Position numbers and translations under genes: made by a program. This document shows, in pieces, positions 21,301 to 33,498 of a stretch of DNA of 64,000 nucleotides. This DNA comes from Klebsormidium nitens (lineage: Eukaryota > Plantae > Klebsormidiophyceae). Location: positions 1-64,000 of the forward strand of contig DF237364.1 of assembly GCA_000708835.1 (NCBI GenBank), written 5' to 3'. The notes under the pieces were generated by a model. It made no database searches, was not told the origin of the DNA, and saw only the letters and a list, made by a program, of their open reading frames with translations. How positions within the stretch are numbered: the stretch's first letter is position 1; every line of letters begins with the position of its first letter.

Positions 21301-22449
21301 AAACGGTGGGTCGAAATTTCAGCAGCGCGCTGAGTCTTGATTTACATGTTGCTGCCCGCTACGTGGCGCATGCGCCTTCTTCAGAGCGCCACGCAGTGCA
21401 CACTCGAAACAGCTGAGCAGCTCGCCAATCGAAAAAGTCGCGTGCGCGCGTGGCGGCTTGGGATTCGTGCAGTCTGGTGACCGCCGTCTGGCCAACCGTA
21501 GCCGCGAGGTCGGGGGCACCATGTGCTTGGGGAGTGAGAAGTGCGCGCGCGTTACGCTTGGTTCGGACGCAGCACCAGGAGAGCGCGCGCTCCAGTCGAT
21601 CCTCCCTTCTCAGTGCGTCCTTTCAGATCAGGCGAGAAGCGATTCGTGTTTGCGCTCGATCTTGCTGAAGACGAGGCCGACAACTCTGTATTGTGGCGGC
21701 TATGAAATATAGCACGGTCTTTGGACAATTCTGTGGCCAGTCCTTGTATGTGCCACCATTGAGCCGCGATGCCTGGGGGCGGTCGCTGTACGAATGAAGA
21801 CAGCACTGTCCTAGGCAAGGTCCCATTGGCATCCCTCTGAGTTTTGCCTATGTAAAGATTGGAAAAGGCAGCTACCGGAAGGGGAACTCGACGTCTTGCG
21901 ACCTGTTTGGCCGGCCTCGCATCGGTATTTCAAAGTCCTACGCCTTCAATATTACAGAAAACGAGGTCTCTGTAAAGGAAATCTGTTTTCCAGGCTTTCG
22001 TTTAGACGGCCACTTTTAAGTCGCTCGTCCTATTTCCAGCTCTTGTCCTTCCTTCCTCTCCGTGAAAGTTTAACTTCCACGCGCAATTTTATCTTTTGGC
22101 TGCATCATTACGACTCGATCGTCTTCAGTTCAAGAACGCATTCGCCAAGCTTCCGGGACCGTCTCCCCGCGAGAGCGTCTGAATCCGTCCGACTCATAAT
22201 TCTGCAGCCCACGGTCGTCAGAAACACACCCCCGCTAGCTGAGTTGAGCTTAAGAACACATTCTACGCTAGTTCTACTCATGCGAGCTGGAGGGAGGGGT
22301 GTCACACAGTCTGAGCTCTGCAATCGCTCTCCATTATTGCAAGAGCTCTACGGAGCTTTCCGTTTGTTACTATGCCAAGAACGAGGAGACTTAAGCGACT
22401 GTCTTCCGATCGTCAAAGAGAACATTCAGGACACAATAAGCTCAGAAGT

Positions 22450-22700
22450 TATTCCGTTGCAGCCCAAGATTGTCGCACACAGCTTCCAGAACAAACGGTT
22501 TGACCGGTCTTCTGAAAACAATTCCTTTGAGAGCGGGTTTTCTCGTGCCCAGATTTTGAGTATAACGTCACCGTAGATCCACAGGGGCTCGAGAAGGTGC
22601 TGTGCACGCCCGGTTTGTTGAGCTCAGCGGCTGGGGTGATGCGTTTCAAGAATCAAGAAACTTCTAAGTTCCGGGAAAGATCTCCCACTTGAGCCTAGAT
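22450..22700 (-). pseudogene. F-box-like gene remnant
   Basis: EPLWIYGDVILKIWARENPLS...LFWKLC parallels LALLILNKLAAQDPAS...VWLKAF of the F-box ORF at 27674. Confidence 0.4.
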
Positions 22701-24229
22701 TAAACATCAGTACGTATTCCGTCCCTGCAACTCGCTCACAGAAAATGGGGAGTTGAATTCTCAGCAGCGCGCTGGGTGCTTGATCTACATGTTGCTGCTA
22801 GCCATGTGACGCATGCGCCTTCTTCAAAGCGCCGCGCAGTGCCGCGCAGTGCGCAGTCGAATTACATGAGCGGCAGGCTCGCCAATCAGAAAGGGGGGCG
22901 CGCCGCGGCTCAGGAGTCGTGCAGTCTGGTGACAGTCAACTGACCAACCGCAGCAGGTCCCGTTTGATTTGTGGGTGAAAAGTGCGCGCGCGTTGCATGA
23001 TCCGTTTGGACGCAGCACAAACAGAGCGTGCGCGCCAATCTTTCCTCCCGTCTCAGTGCGGCCTTTCAGATTTAGCAAAAAAGCTTTGTGTTCGCACTCA
23101 ATCACCTTAATTACGAGGCCAAGAAAGCTCAAACTGGTGGCATGATCATGATAAGCACGTTCGCTGGTCTTCCGTTTGGCCAGGCCTCGTCTTTGTTGGA
23201 ATATCGGCGCATTGCATCATAGCACTTGATGGACAATTACATATTGCACACTAAACAATGACACGAGCGCCGTTCAGAGGCGCCTCCTCTTCTCTATCAT
23301 GCTTCCCTAATATGTTTGATTACAATCACGTTCGAACCGCTCAGTCTTTATAGAGTCTTACACTCTACCTGCAGACTGATTCTCACTTCGACTGTCCTGA
23401 TCATTCAACTTTCCCGCCCTTGAATCACAGCCGTTCATCTCAGTGCATCGCAACCGTCGATCACTAACCACTTAGTTATTCAATTGACCAGAATCGCTAA
23501 CCGGATTCTAACAGTCTTTGCTATGGAGCCGCGAAACGTGGGGGCTGTCTCGGTACGATTGCAGATGGTATCCTTTTAGTAATGTCTCGTTGCCATCCCT
23601 CTGCGTTCCACAAGAAGTGTTACTGATTGGACAAGACATGCTACAGAATGGGAGATCTAACAAGCTGCATCGTGTTTGCGTTGCGTTTGTCGTTTTAAGA
23701 GCTACACGTCTTCAGGTAACAAACTGAGGTCTTCGTGAGAACAAGCACGTCTCTCAACAGCTTGTGTGCCGGCCAGATCGACGGCTTGTCTGGCGCTTTT
23801 TCTTATTCGAATCCGAGGCCTTTTCTAAGAACTTGCTTGACCGCATCAGTGTTCAAGTTTTGAACTGTCTCGATCACGGTTAGCCTCATTAACGAGGGGT
23901 TCACACTCCCGGTTGAATTTCTCCACCGCTATTCTGGGTGCACTGCTATTTCGCAACCCCGTCAGAGGATGCACGCTTTCTTCGACGGTGTGCACGGACG
24001 TTACCACTGCTTTTCCTCCTGGAGTGTAGGATTATCTGGATATGGCGAGGACTGAAGCACTCAAGTCTCCAGTCAAATCGTGCTAGAGACTCCGCGTCAG
24101 TCTGCGTTTTCTGAGCCGCTAAGATTGGGTCGGCATGGTTTCCGCGTTCTTTCTCGATTCTACAAATTGCTAAATCCACCGGACTCTGTGACGATATCGA
24201 TCTTTTCTTCCTGCCTTTGTGCAGAATTT

Positions 24230-24454
24230 TCAATCGTGACCTCTTGGCTCTCGACGCTTACCGTACCGTTCTTCCGGCAAAGCGCCCTTTGCAAATGAAA
24301 TTTCAGCTCCTGCATGCCGCCAATATGGTTGCACGATCCTAGGAGCACGACGCTTTCTCGATGGAGAAGCGAGGCAACAATTGCGCACTAGTTTCCTGAG
24401 TGTTACTGCGCGGTTCGGCTGGTCTTTGATCACATGTGGACCTTCTGATTGCAC
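24230..24454 (-). pseudogene. F-box-like gene remnant
   Basis: KDQPNRAVTLRKLVRNCCLAS...PYW aligns with EDLPSDLALLILNKLAAQDPAS...VW. It lies just downstream of a GC island, like the other copies. Confidence 0.35.
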
Positions 24455-25729
24455 CGCTCAGTCATACCCTCAGTCTGAGCGGGAGAGATCGCGGCCGCGC
24501 CAAACTTGGCAGGCCACTTTAAAGCCCGCGCGCGTCCCTGCGACTGTCAGTGCTGTGCGCGATTTCTCCTTCGCGCCCCTCGGCTGACCCAGAACGCGGA
24601 GAAGCGCGCGCAGCTGCGCGCTCGGGAACGCGCTTCGGCGCGCACCGCGCGGGCTAGCGCCCTTGGCGAGAGCCCAGGGTTGTCTTCTTCACAATTTCCC
24701 GCTTGGGGGGGTCAAGGAACCGGAGCGATAAAAGCCTGGTTCAGATTCAAGCGCCGTTCCAGTTGTCAATCACCGTATGTTTGAATTTCTCCTGAAGGTC
24801 CTGGACATAGGACGGCTCGAAGCAGGAAAACAATCCAGGAACGTGGGTCCCTTTGTGGCCCCGTTTCTTTTCTCCCTTTGTAATCATGTAACTTTTCGTC
24901 GCTTGTTCGATCGGGTCGCGCACTCATCCTGCAAGTGTATCTTGCACGTCTGCTCATCTGCAATCGGACCGTCGTCGCGCACTTACTGCAAACGCCCCGG
25001 CGCGCCTGAGAGCTCCCGCTTCGGAGCGTGTGCATAGCCTCGTTGCTGAAGTGCGTAGCGCCCTTATTCTCACAAAGCCGGAGATCAAGCGGACGGTCCT
25101 CCGTTGGAGATTTGAACCATATCAGCTCGCCCCACCAAACCCACCAAGCGCTTGAATCTTTCAGCGACATCCTCTGAGCAGATGCTGCACTTTTGCCGAG
25201 CGTGTATTTGAAAGTCTTACTCGTGATGTGCAAATATTCGAGTGTCTCAAGGGTCGTTCAAGTGCCGCTCAATGTGTACATGCCTGCTTCAAAAGAGACC
25301 CTGACTTCCAAGAATGCAAGAACCTCAAAATCAGGAAGGACTGAGCGGAGAGATTTTGAGAGCAGCAAAAATATCGGAGCCGGCCATCTGCAAACATACG
25401 ATGCCGGGCGATATATGCAGGGTTCATTCCGACTGCGAAGTACTTCGAGCTTTCTGATTGGAAGAACCTGCACTCACACGATGCATTTCAACGTGTTCGC
25501 AAGTAGGTTCTTGGCGGGACGCCGGTACTTTCCGTTCCGGGCTGAAAGTTGGGAAGAGAAAGGATATAAAAAGCATAGAATTGCGTCTCGTATCCGGCAC
25601 GGTCTTACAGTAGCTTCAATCGTATTAGATTCAGTATTGAGAATCTGGGACAGAACGGTCCGCAAACGGTTACTACAAGCTGACTAGATCCGTAACTTTG
25701 CTGTAGAAGAAAGAAAGAGAACCAAGGAT

Positions 25730-28700
25730 GAGATCTTCAATACCAGTGCATACGCTATTCGAGTCTGAGCAGGAGCGTAATGGCTACCGGCGTCGAATAA
25801 TCAACGAGGGTCGCAAGACCGCAATCAGCCCACTATTACTGCTGGATGTTCGTCTTTGGCACGATCTCATATTAGAGTGGGCCAGTGCAGCTGTCGTTCA
25901 GCATTCGTGAGCACAGTCCTTAATTACAATCAATATCTGCGACGCGCTGGTCAGCCATGCCCGGCTGCACGAACGGCTGTCGCATGACACTGCCTGCCTA
26001 TGAATCCATTGAACAGTCGTCACTCGAATCGTCGAGTACGTTAGACACGTATGCTTGCCAATAAAAATCACAACGAGACGGCGCAGCCCGTCATCATGGC
26101 ATGCAGCTAGGATCTACATCCGCATCATCTGAGTTGATTCACATGTACAGTATCAGTGTGCTCATAAAATATCGTCAAGTCTACTCACCAGCACCGGGAC
26201 CGCGGCAAGCTGCCAGTCCAATGTCGATGTTATGGGCATCATCCAGGTATACCAGCTCTTACTAGCTACTTCTGCGCGTTTTGGCAATAGAAAGATTGAT
26301 GCACAGGAGTGTATAATAACGCTCATATGGGCGGCGCTTGTTTGGGGACTGGTCGCAGTTGGTGCCTCGAGGTGCGCTCACATTGATTGCACTCAATCTC
26401 AGGCTGACACTCAACATTTTCATGTGCAGTGATGAATACGTCTAGCAAAGCTCGAACAAGCAGCTTACCGATCATTAAAATCTAGATACCGCAGACTTAG
26501 GCTGCGCGGGTCCAATTTTCACCTTCCTTTCCGATCTTTCTGTCGTTTGGTCCAACTTTCTGGATGCACCTAGCTGACTTACGTCTATAGCAAACGTAGA
26601 TTCCTTTGTACCTCGCTGATCCGGTTGTTCTGCAATAGCTATCAGTTTGTTGTTCTCCGTGGTCGTGTTTCGACACTTGGGCTTTTCTGGAGCTCCACCA
26701 CGTACGCGTGCACTTATCGCTGATGTATCGGTAGATGAACAAAGCCGGTAAGATTAGGAGTACGAAAAGTATGGCGACAAGCAAACGAAACAATTCGAAC
26801 CTGTTCTTGATGTAGTAAAACACCTGCGTAATTCTTGTGCCGATTGTATGGTATTCAGAGGCAGGACCCAGAAACGTGCTGGGGACGTTCCTGACACAGT
26901 CGATACTTCTGGTTGGCTGATATTTAAATTGAAAGAGACTTAACCGGGCAAATTTGCATTGATATTCGTTGACCTGCGGAGTAAGTAGGTACCGAACCCA
27001 CATTTCTTTTGCGTTTAGCACCTTGTGAATTTCCAGTATAATGGGCGCTTTGAGCAGGTCCAGGCATTCAGATGCCGAACGTCCGGTAACCCCCCACAGG
27101 CTTTCCGTACTTCGTCGAACGTGACGTCAGCATAAACTGGTTGCAACAACGAGCCTTCAAGCAGACATCTCCCACCTGAATAATCCCAGAAGTCGGTATT
27201 TCGGGACAGATACCCTTCCTCTGGCCCCGGCTTGTCGACCTGCCAGCAAAGAAGCCTTCCCTGGACTCTGATGAGGAACATGTGTCGCCTTCCTTTTGAG
27301 TGCAGGCTAGATTCAACTTCCTGCTTTTGTTCCCCATCTCGCGTATCGACCTTGCTTCCTGCCAGCTTTGGGGGTTGTTTACAGCACAAACGCTTGAGCT
27401 TTGCTAGCCGAGCTACCACCAGCTGCTTGCAAAGGCCCGGTAACGTCATTGCCTCTTGAAAGCCCGCGCTCAGTCTATCACACCACCCTTCGAGTAAGGG
27501 CACTTCCAGCGCTGGTTCTAAGAAGAGAAAAGCTTTCAGCCAAACGGCAGGATTGCGTTCCGCCAGGCGGCAAAGGTGTTCGGAAGCGCACGTAGAGCGG
27601 AGCAGAGACGCGGGATCTTGCGCCGCTAGCTTGTTGAGAATCAAGAGCGCGAGATCAGACGGGAGATCCTCCATAGCGGCCCAAACGAGGAAGGTCCAGA
27701 TTTTTGTTGTGTCTTTGTTCAAGGCGCCATAATTTGGACCTAAAGTAGCCTTTGCAGTCGAAGATGAAAGGCAGTATTTGACGCGACTCGACCTTGAGTA
27801 CTAGTGCGCGCAGATGCGCATAATCGCATTGACCCGCGCGCCTGCGTGTCCCGCGGCCGGCCGGGCGCGCCATATCACGGTCCCGCGCTTGTCGCGCGCT
27901 CGAAGGCGCGCGCCTAAATTTTCAGAGCGGGTCCGCTCCGAGCGTGCCCAAGAGAAGGGCGCGCGCGCTCGAGGAGCTCGTTGCAGAGCACTTTGGGATC
28001 GGCAGTCTCGTAATGACTGCCGGAAGCAACCGACGTTTCGTGTGGCGCGCACTCGCGCGCTTTTTTCTGCTCAACGTGGCCGCGCATGAAGTACGGTCCT
28101 CAGGTATTTGCTTCCGCTTGGATGCCCTAGAACTGGCCGTGAACTAAGGTCTCGTGAACAAATTAAAGGCGCTGCAAACTTGGTGCAGCTACGAAGAGTC
28201 TCCCGATTCAGATGGCCCTTGCAATTGTCAGTCATAGTAGTCTTCGACAAGCTGGAAGAGCGTCACTGCCGGGACTGAGCACGAATACAAAGAGGAAGTC
28301 CTGCGCAGTGCGTATGAAAAAGCGAAGTCTAAGAAGCCCTGCAAACCAGAGTACTGCGCATGCTCAATCCGAATGATCAAGCTCGAGGTGAAAGGCTAGC
28401 GGCGGGAGGGCGGCGGGCTAGCGGCGCAACTGCGAAAAACGACTCCGACGTCCGGCATCAACCTCTTGATATTCGAAGTCGGTCGATCACCAGCTTTCCG
28501 TTCATCCCCGTAGAACGCGTAGCTACGGGAATGATGCATAGTAGGCTTGACCGGGCAGCCTGTAATTTTGGTGGTTTGCGCGCCACTGACGTGCGGTTCT
28601 GCATAGGAAGTGCTCGCAAATGCCTTCCAAATTTCGGCATCCAATAGGGTTTAATGGGCAGGGACGGGTCAAGGCGTAACTGTTTGAGAAATTGTCTGCT

Positions 28701-30130
28701 GTCACAATGAGAATCATAAGAGGCTGCAGGAGAAACCGAAATGGCAAAGAAGCTGAGGTTTACGGACCCTGAATGGAGCGTCTGAATACTTTGCCTTGCG
28801 GTGCTCTTGCAGCGCTGATCGAGGGCCGCCCATAGAGCTTCAGAAACTATCGGATATGCACAACGTGGTGGTCATATTGGGGGTGGTGCCAAGGCCAAGT
28901 ACTTTTTCATTTGAACATCTAGTCGGCATTTTCTTGCATCTTTAAGAGTTCCGATGCTGAAAATCCGGGACCGGAAGCTCTGCAAATCATTGGGCGCAAT
29001 TTTGGAAAGAGACTCGTGACTTTGTTCCTGACTGAAAGGTACACCAAAGACTAGATCTGGAATCAGTGCAGTTGTTGCAAACGTTATCGAAATGTGAGCA
29101 GGAACATGATGGCTACATCGGGACAGATTCTAAAGACAGAGGTCCGGCGCAAGCACGCAAACAGCCCCCCAATACTGCTGGATGGTCGTCGATTGGCACG
29201 TTCTTTTAGATTAGGTCAGTACATCTGTCTTTCATGATCGTGATCACAGCGCTGTCCATTCAATCTTTTCGACGCACTGGTCAGCTATCATATGCGGCTG
29301 CACGGACGGCTGACGGGTGCCATTATCTGCATCTTATACGACTTTAATGTCGTCACTCGAAGTGCCTATTCGTAAGACCCGGAAGGGCTCACTCAAGATA
29401 ACGTTTGCACGGCGCGGCTCGTGATTATGGCAATCCGAAGCAGCTGAGATTGGGTCTAAATCCTCAGTGTTCTCACAAACATCTTCATGTCTACTCTGCG
29501 GCACGGAAAATACAATAATGCAGCCGCTCGAGTGTCAAAACTTGCATCATGCATGCAAGTACACCAGCTCTTACGGGCTACTTCTGCGTGTTTCTGCGTA
29601 CCGGCAAAACGAATAGTAAACCATAAAACCGTTAAAATGTTCTCATTTGGGCGGCGAACTTACTTTGGAAGTGCTGGAGATGCGCTCACATTTCACCCAT
29701 GAGATAGTTCGTACTCACTGAAGAACACAAGTCCTCAAATTAGAAAAGGTCAAAGAAGCGTGTCTCCCGATCATTGAACACCGCGTAAGTGACTGCGCGG
29801 GTCCAACTTCCGGTCCCCATCTTCTTTCGGTCCAACTTTTGGATGCCCCTAGCTGTGTAAAATAAGCTGCAAGCGGAGATCCACTCGTTCCTCAATGACC
29901 CGGTGTTCTTCACCATAGCTTTCGGGGTACTGATCTCCGCGGTCCTGTGTCGACACGTGTTGGGCCTTGCTGAATCTCATCCACGTGCACTTGTCGCTGA
30001 TGCATCGACTTACGTACATTAGAAGAACTGGTAGGAGTAGGAAGACCACGGCAACAAGCAAACAGAGCGGTGTGAACCACTTCTCTATGTCGTACACAAT
30101 CTGCACAAACATTGTGCGGATTTCCAGTCC
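25730..30130. repeat. Diverged direct duplication (~25730-26850 vs ~29050-30130, offset ~3.3 kb)
   Basis: Colinear shared words include gagcagga..atggctac, ctgctggatg.tcgtc, cggctgcacg.acggctg, gtcgtcactcgaa, accagctcttac, ctgcgcgggtccaa and cgtgcactt.tcgctgatg. The translated TM tails are also paralogous. Confidence 0.9.
26497..27674 (-). pseudogene. Intronless F-box protein gene, probably frameshifted at ~27018, ending in a transmembrane tail
   Basis: MEDLPSDLALLILNKLAAQDPASLLRSTCAS (F-box-like). The ORF stops at 27015, overlapping a second ORF (27021-26497) that has a hydrophobic segment LLVAILFVLLILPALFIY. It could instead be two genes. Confidence 0.6.
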
Positions 30131-31600
30131 AACAAAATCCTGCAAAGTGTGTAGGAAAGCGAAGTTTCCTGGAGGCGAAAGCGAAGCTTCAGGCGGCGCT
30201 GAATCTTGAAAACCTGGAGAGCTCATATGGCGAAATGGACGAGAGAGGGTCCCCAGTATCGGAGGACTCGGGGGGGGTCGTGATTGTGGATGATGACGTC
30301 CTGCTTCGGCATCCCGACTCGTCTGCTTACCAGCTTTTTCGGGTGAGCCCCGTGGGAATCGTGGCTACGAGAATGACGGAGGCTTGAGCGGGCAGCCTGT
30401 TTTGGTCGTAGGTGTTTCGCGCGCCAAGCCCGGCTCTGCAAGCAATCATGCGTCCCCCCGCGCTTGCAAGACTCATTCTACGTTAAAGTGGGACATTCGA
30501 CAGGGTTCGTTTGGCACGGCACGTCAGCCGAGCCAGTTGAGAAACAAGTTGTCCGTTTGGTTGTTTGGGAATCTGAGAGCGGGCTAAATCGAATGGCGAC
30601 GAAGACGTGCTCGGAGCATCAGGAGAGCATCCGAGGACTTCACATCACGGTGCAGCGCCGACCGAGGGCCAAAAAGACCGCAAAAACTACCGAAACGTGG
30701 TCGATATAGCAGGATAGCAGGGATGCTGCCAGACAAAGTAAATCGTCCTTTGTACATCAAGCCGGATGGACCTTGCTTGCAACATATGTTGATCTGAACC
30801 AGCATGGTATGATTTTTGATCAGGGGCAGGCCCGACTCGTGAGCACCGCCAAGTCAACAACTCCTATGTACGAGATCAGCCAATTCGAATCCATTTGCTG
30901 GCCCTCCTGTGTTCGTCCGTTCCAAAGGCAGTTTGAACGAATTGATCGGTCACAGATTCCGAAGTTGGTCACACTGACATACATGCACCAGCACCGCGCC
31001 ACTGCGCACACGTCATTGTTGCAACGTCCGATCACAGTCTTACAGCTGTCAAGTAACTGTTCCGTCTTAAAAGCTCGGCGCAGCTTCCAATGTGCCAAGC
31101 AAGCGGGGATCATGCATTCCGATTTCTCAAGTAAGAGAGTAAGGCTTGTGTTCAAAACGCCGCATGTGCAGCTGTGGCCGGACAGCCTGAGGCCAGCATG
31201 CAGGCCGGCGTGAATCTTGACCTCAGTTCCAGCAGATTTATGTGGAACTGGATAACCAATTTCAGACTCAAGCATGGAAAGATCAGACAATCGTGGGGGC
31301 TTTGCCAAATTTGTGAAAGCCATTAGATTGTCCACTTGATCCGACATCTGTGGGGACCACGTAGGACTCCAGCTTTCAAACGTATGGCCTGGATAGGCCC
31401 AGACCGCTGCGCGGCCAGCTAGTGTTATGAATTTATAAGTGCAAACCTCTTTGAATTAACATCATACAAAGCGCCCGATTCTTGGTGCAGTATATTGGTT
31501 AGTTGACAAGGATTCGAGCTCATTCTGATCTACAAGCAATCACAGGCAACCTGGTGTGTGCTTCATGATCAATTGCATCAAACGACGTTGATCAATAGGG
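29849..31600 (-). pseudogene. SKIP16/FBXO3-like (F-box + SMI1/KNR4 + ApaG) pseudogene fused to a transmembrane tail
   Basis: One frame from 31347 to 30223 with in-frame stops. It contains LAKPPRLSDLSMLESEIGYPVP (SMI1/KNR4), GQQMDSNWL, HVFAIRFS and LVSRR...DVIIH. After a frameshift it reads PILG....FRHMSS...GNFAFLHTLQDFVG (ApaG end). The order matches plant SKIP16 as recalled. The F-box part is too decayed to read reliably. Confidence 0.6.
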
Positions 31601-32022
31601 GCTGGGACCTGGCTCGTTGCGTGCGCGCTAATCACGCATGGCCCACCATAAGCGATAACAAACATGCTTGGACATGCGCGGTTTCGGCATGGCTGCCCAT
31701 CATTGAGTGCAAGAAATGTGGCCCAAGCCTGCATATGGCGCCTTTGCCAGAGTCGTCCATGCATGCACACAAGAACGTGGTTGACAATACTTTCCATATT
31801 GATTGAATGCTGGCGGCCCAAGTCGCACAGATTGGTCACTAGCAGCTACGGTAGATGGATTGAGATTTATTGAGCTGTTCAAACTTTGGGACGCGAGGCA
31901 AGAAACTCAGACCTTCACGACCAGTCTACACTATTGACCAACATTTTCCACATACCTATTCCGAGTTGGTCCAGATTCAAGAACCTGGACGGAAGAGTGA
32001 TAAGCTACACTTGAGCCTGTAT

Positions 32023-33042
32023 CTACTCACACGACAACCTTCTCTTCTTTGCCGCAAAGATCTCCTTTGAGATCGTTAAAAGTTCGCTGTCATCCATGTC
32101 CGGGTCGTCCATTGATTCTTGCGCAGCCTGCTTGACCATTATCCTTGCCCTCTCTGTGAGCCCGTTGAAAACATCTACCCCGCTCGGGAATTCCCACTCC
32201 AACACACTCATCGCTGCAGCAAGGGTTGTCATAGGCACAGCTCTCAACAAGCTGCCCATCAAGTCCGTGTCGTTGGTGTAGTCAGCAAAAGTTGCCAGCT
32301 CTTTGACAGCTGGCGAGGCCCAATCAAGAGTTGCCCCAAGCCCCTTGATAAAGCACTCATGGAAGCCCCCGTAGATGCACTCTAACAAGAGAGTGCACGC
32401 TTCTTCAGAAAGGTCCACGTCAATTCTTACCTCTCCTCCCTCACTCCAACGCTCTATCCTCACCCGAAAGAACTCCGACTCTTGAACCAAAACATCTGAA
32501 TGCGCCCTTTGTACCCCATTCTTGGTGACAAGTACTACGTCAGCTCTCTTTATAGATGCCTCGTTCCTCAAAAGGGAAATCAAAGGTTTGGGGGCCGGGT
32601 CATCTTGTTCCTGCAGGGGTAGCATGCCGCGCCACACGATGGTGACATCACCAAGTCCAGCCTTTATAGATATGGTGTTGCCTTCTTTCATGCCACCCCA
32701 ATGCTTGTCCTTCGTATAACTGACGACGGCTGACACGTTGCTAAGTCCCAAAATGCTAAAGTTCAACTTGCGCCGTCCATAAGCGTCCACCTCGTCAGGG
32801 CTTACTACCAACTGAACGGTAGGATACCCTCTGAATCGCACGACCCTGCGCCAAGCAGAAGGATTCATATTCCCTGGTTGCGAGAGGAATTGCTCGTCAA
32901 TTGAAACTTTGTAAGGGATAACAACATCACGTATCCTCCTCCAGAAAGGCATCTCCTTGAAGGGACCCGCAATTGGGTGGGCGTCCTCATCCTGTGCTTT
33001 CCGCTTTCCCCTGGCAGCGCTTGTTCCCCCTGCCATCTTCAT
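32023..33042 (-). CDS. Intronless BTB/POZ-domain protein
   Basis: ADVVLVTKNGVQRAHSDVLVQESEFFR...SE....I..DLSEEACTLLLECIYG is a BTB signature. Basic N- and C-terminal NLS-like motifs. Confidence 0.85.
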   Translation of the reverse strand: MKMAGGTSAARGKRKAQDEDAHPIAGPFKEMPFWRRIRDVVIPYKVSIDEQFLSQPGNMNPSAWRRVVRFRGYPTVQLVVSPDEVDAYGRRKLNFSILGLSNVSAVVSYTKDKHWGGMKEGNTISIKAGLGDVTIVWRGMLPLQEQDDPAPKPLISLLRNEASIKRADVVLVTKNGVQRAHSDVLVQESEFFRVRIERWSEGGEVRIDVDLSEEACTLLLECIYGGFHECFIKGLGATLDWASPAVKELATFADYTNDTDLMGSLLRAVPMTTLAAAMSVLEWEFPSGVDVFNGLTERARIMVKQAAQESMDDPDMDDSELLTISKEIFAAKKRRLSCE

Positions 33043-33390
33043 ACTACAAGGGCCCAAGAAGTGGAAAAGATCACAAACTCAAAGCTGGGATGTGTCCCCT
33101 GAGCTCAGCCTGCTGCGCAATCTCTCCCAAGGTGGCACCTTTGCGCCTCTTCGTGCCGCCGGCGCTGGCCTTGGTCAGGCTGCAATGCATGAACTTGATG
33201 AAGTTCCCAGCTCGATGATCATAGATCAGCATGCATGGCCCGAGAGTTGGTTTTCTCTCCACCGGAAGGATCGAGACTGTTCGATGCCGATAGCTAGGTT
33301 TGTAAGTAGCTCCTGAAGACGATCGGACGGTCTAGAGCTGCAAGATTTGGCCGGGTTAAAGCAGTTGACCTCTTAGGTTTGTAGAGAACG

Positions 33391-33399
33391 AAACCCTAA
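33391..33399. promoter_or_regulatory. Telo-box AAACCCTAA between the divergent BTB and plastid-protein genes
   Basis: Exact motif 100 nt upstream of ATG 33499. Confidence 0.4.
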
Positions 33400-33498
33400 T
33401 TTTGACAGTCGTCACGCGTAGCTCGCGCTCTCACAAAGCTACAAACAACGCCAGAGAGGGCGCCAGAGCAGAACTTTCCTGGACCAGCATTGAATCAA

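Larger units (their letters stand above)
21050..23130. repeat. Diverged direct duplication (~21050-21690 vs ~22450-23130, offset ~1.4 kb)
   Basis: Colinear shared words include cgtgccca.attttgag, tcagcagcgcgctg, catgttgctgc, gcatgcgccttcttca, gctcgccaatc, tcgtgcagtctggtgac, aagtgcgcgcgcgtt, ggacgcagcac and cctttcagat. Confidence 0.9.
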
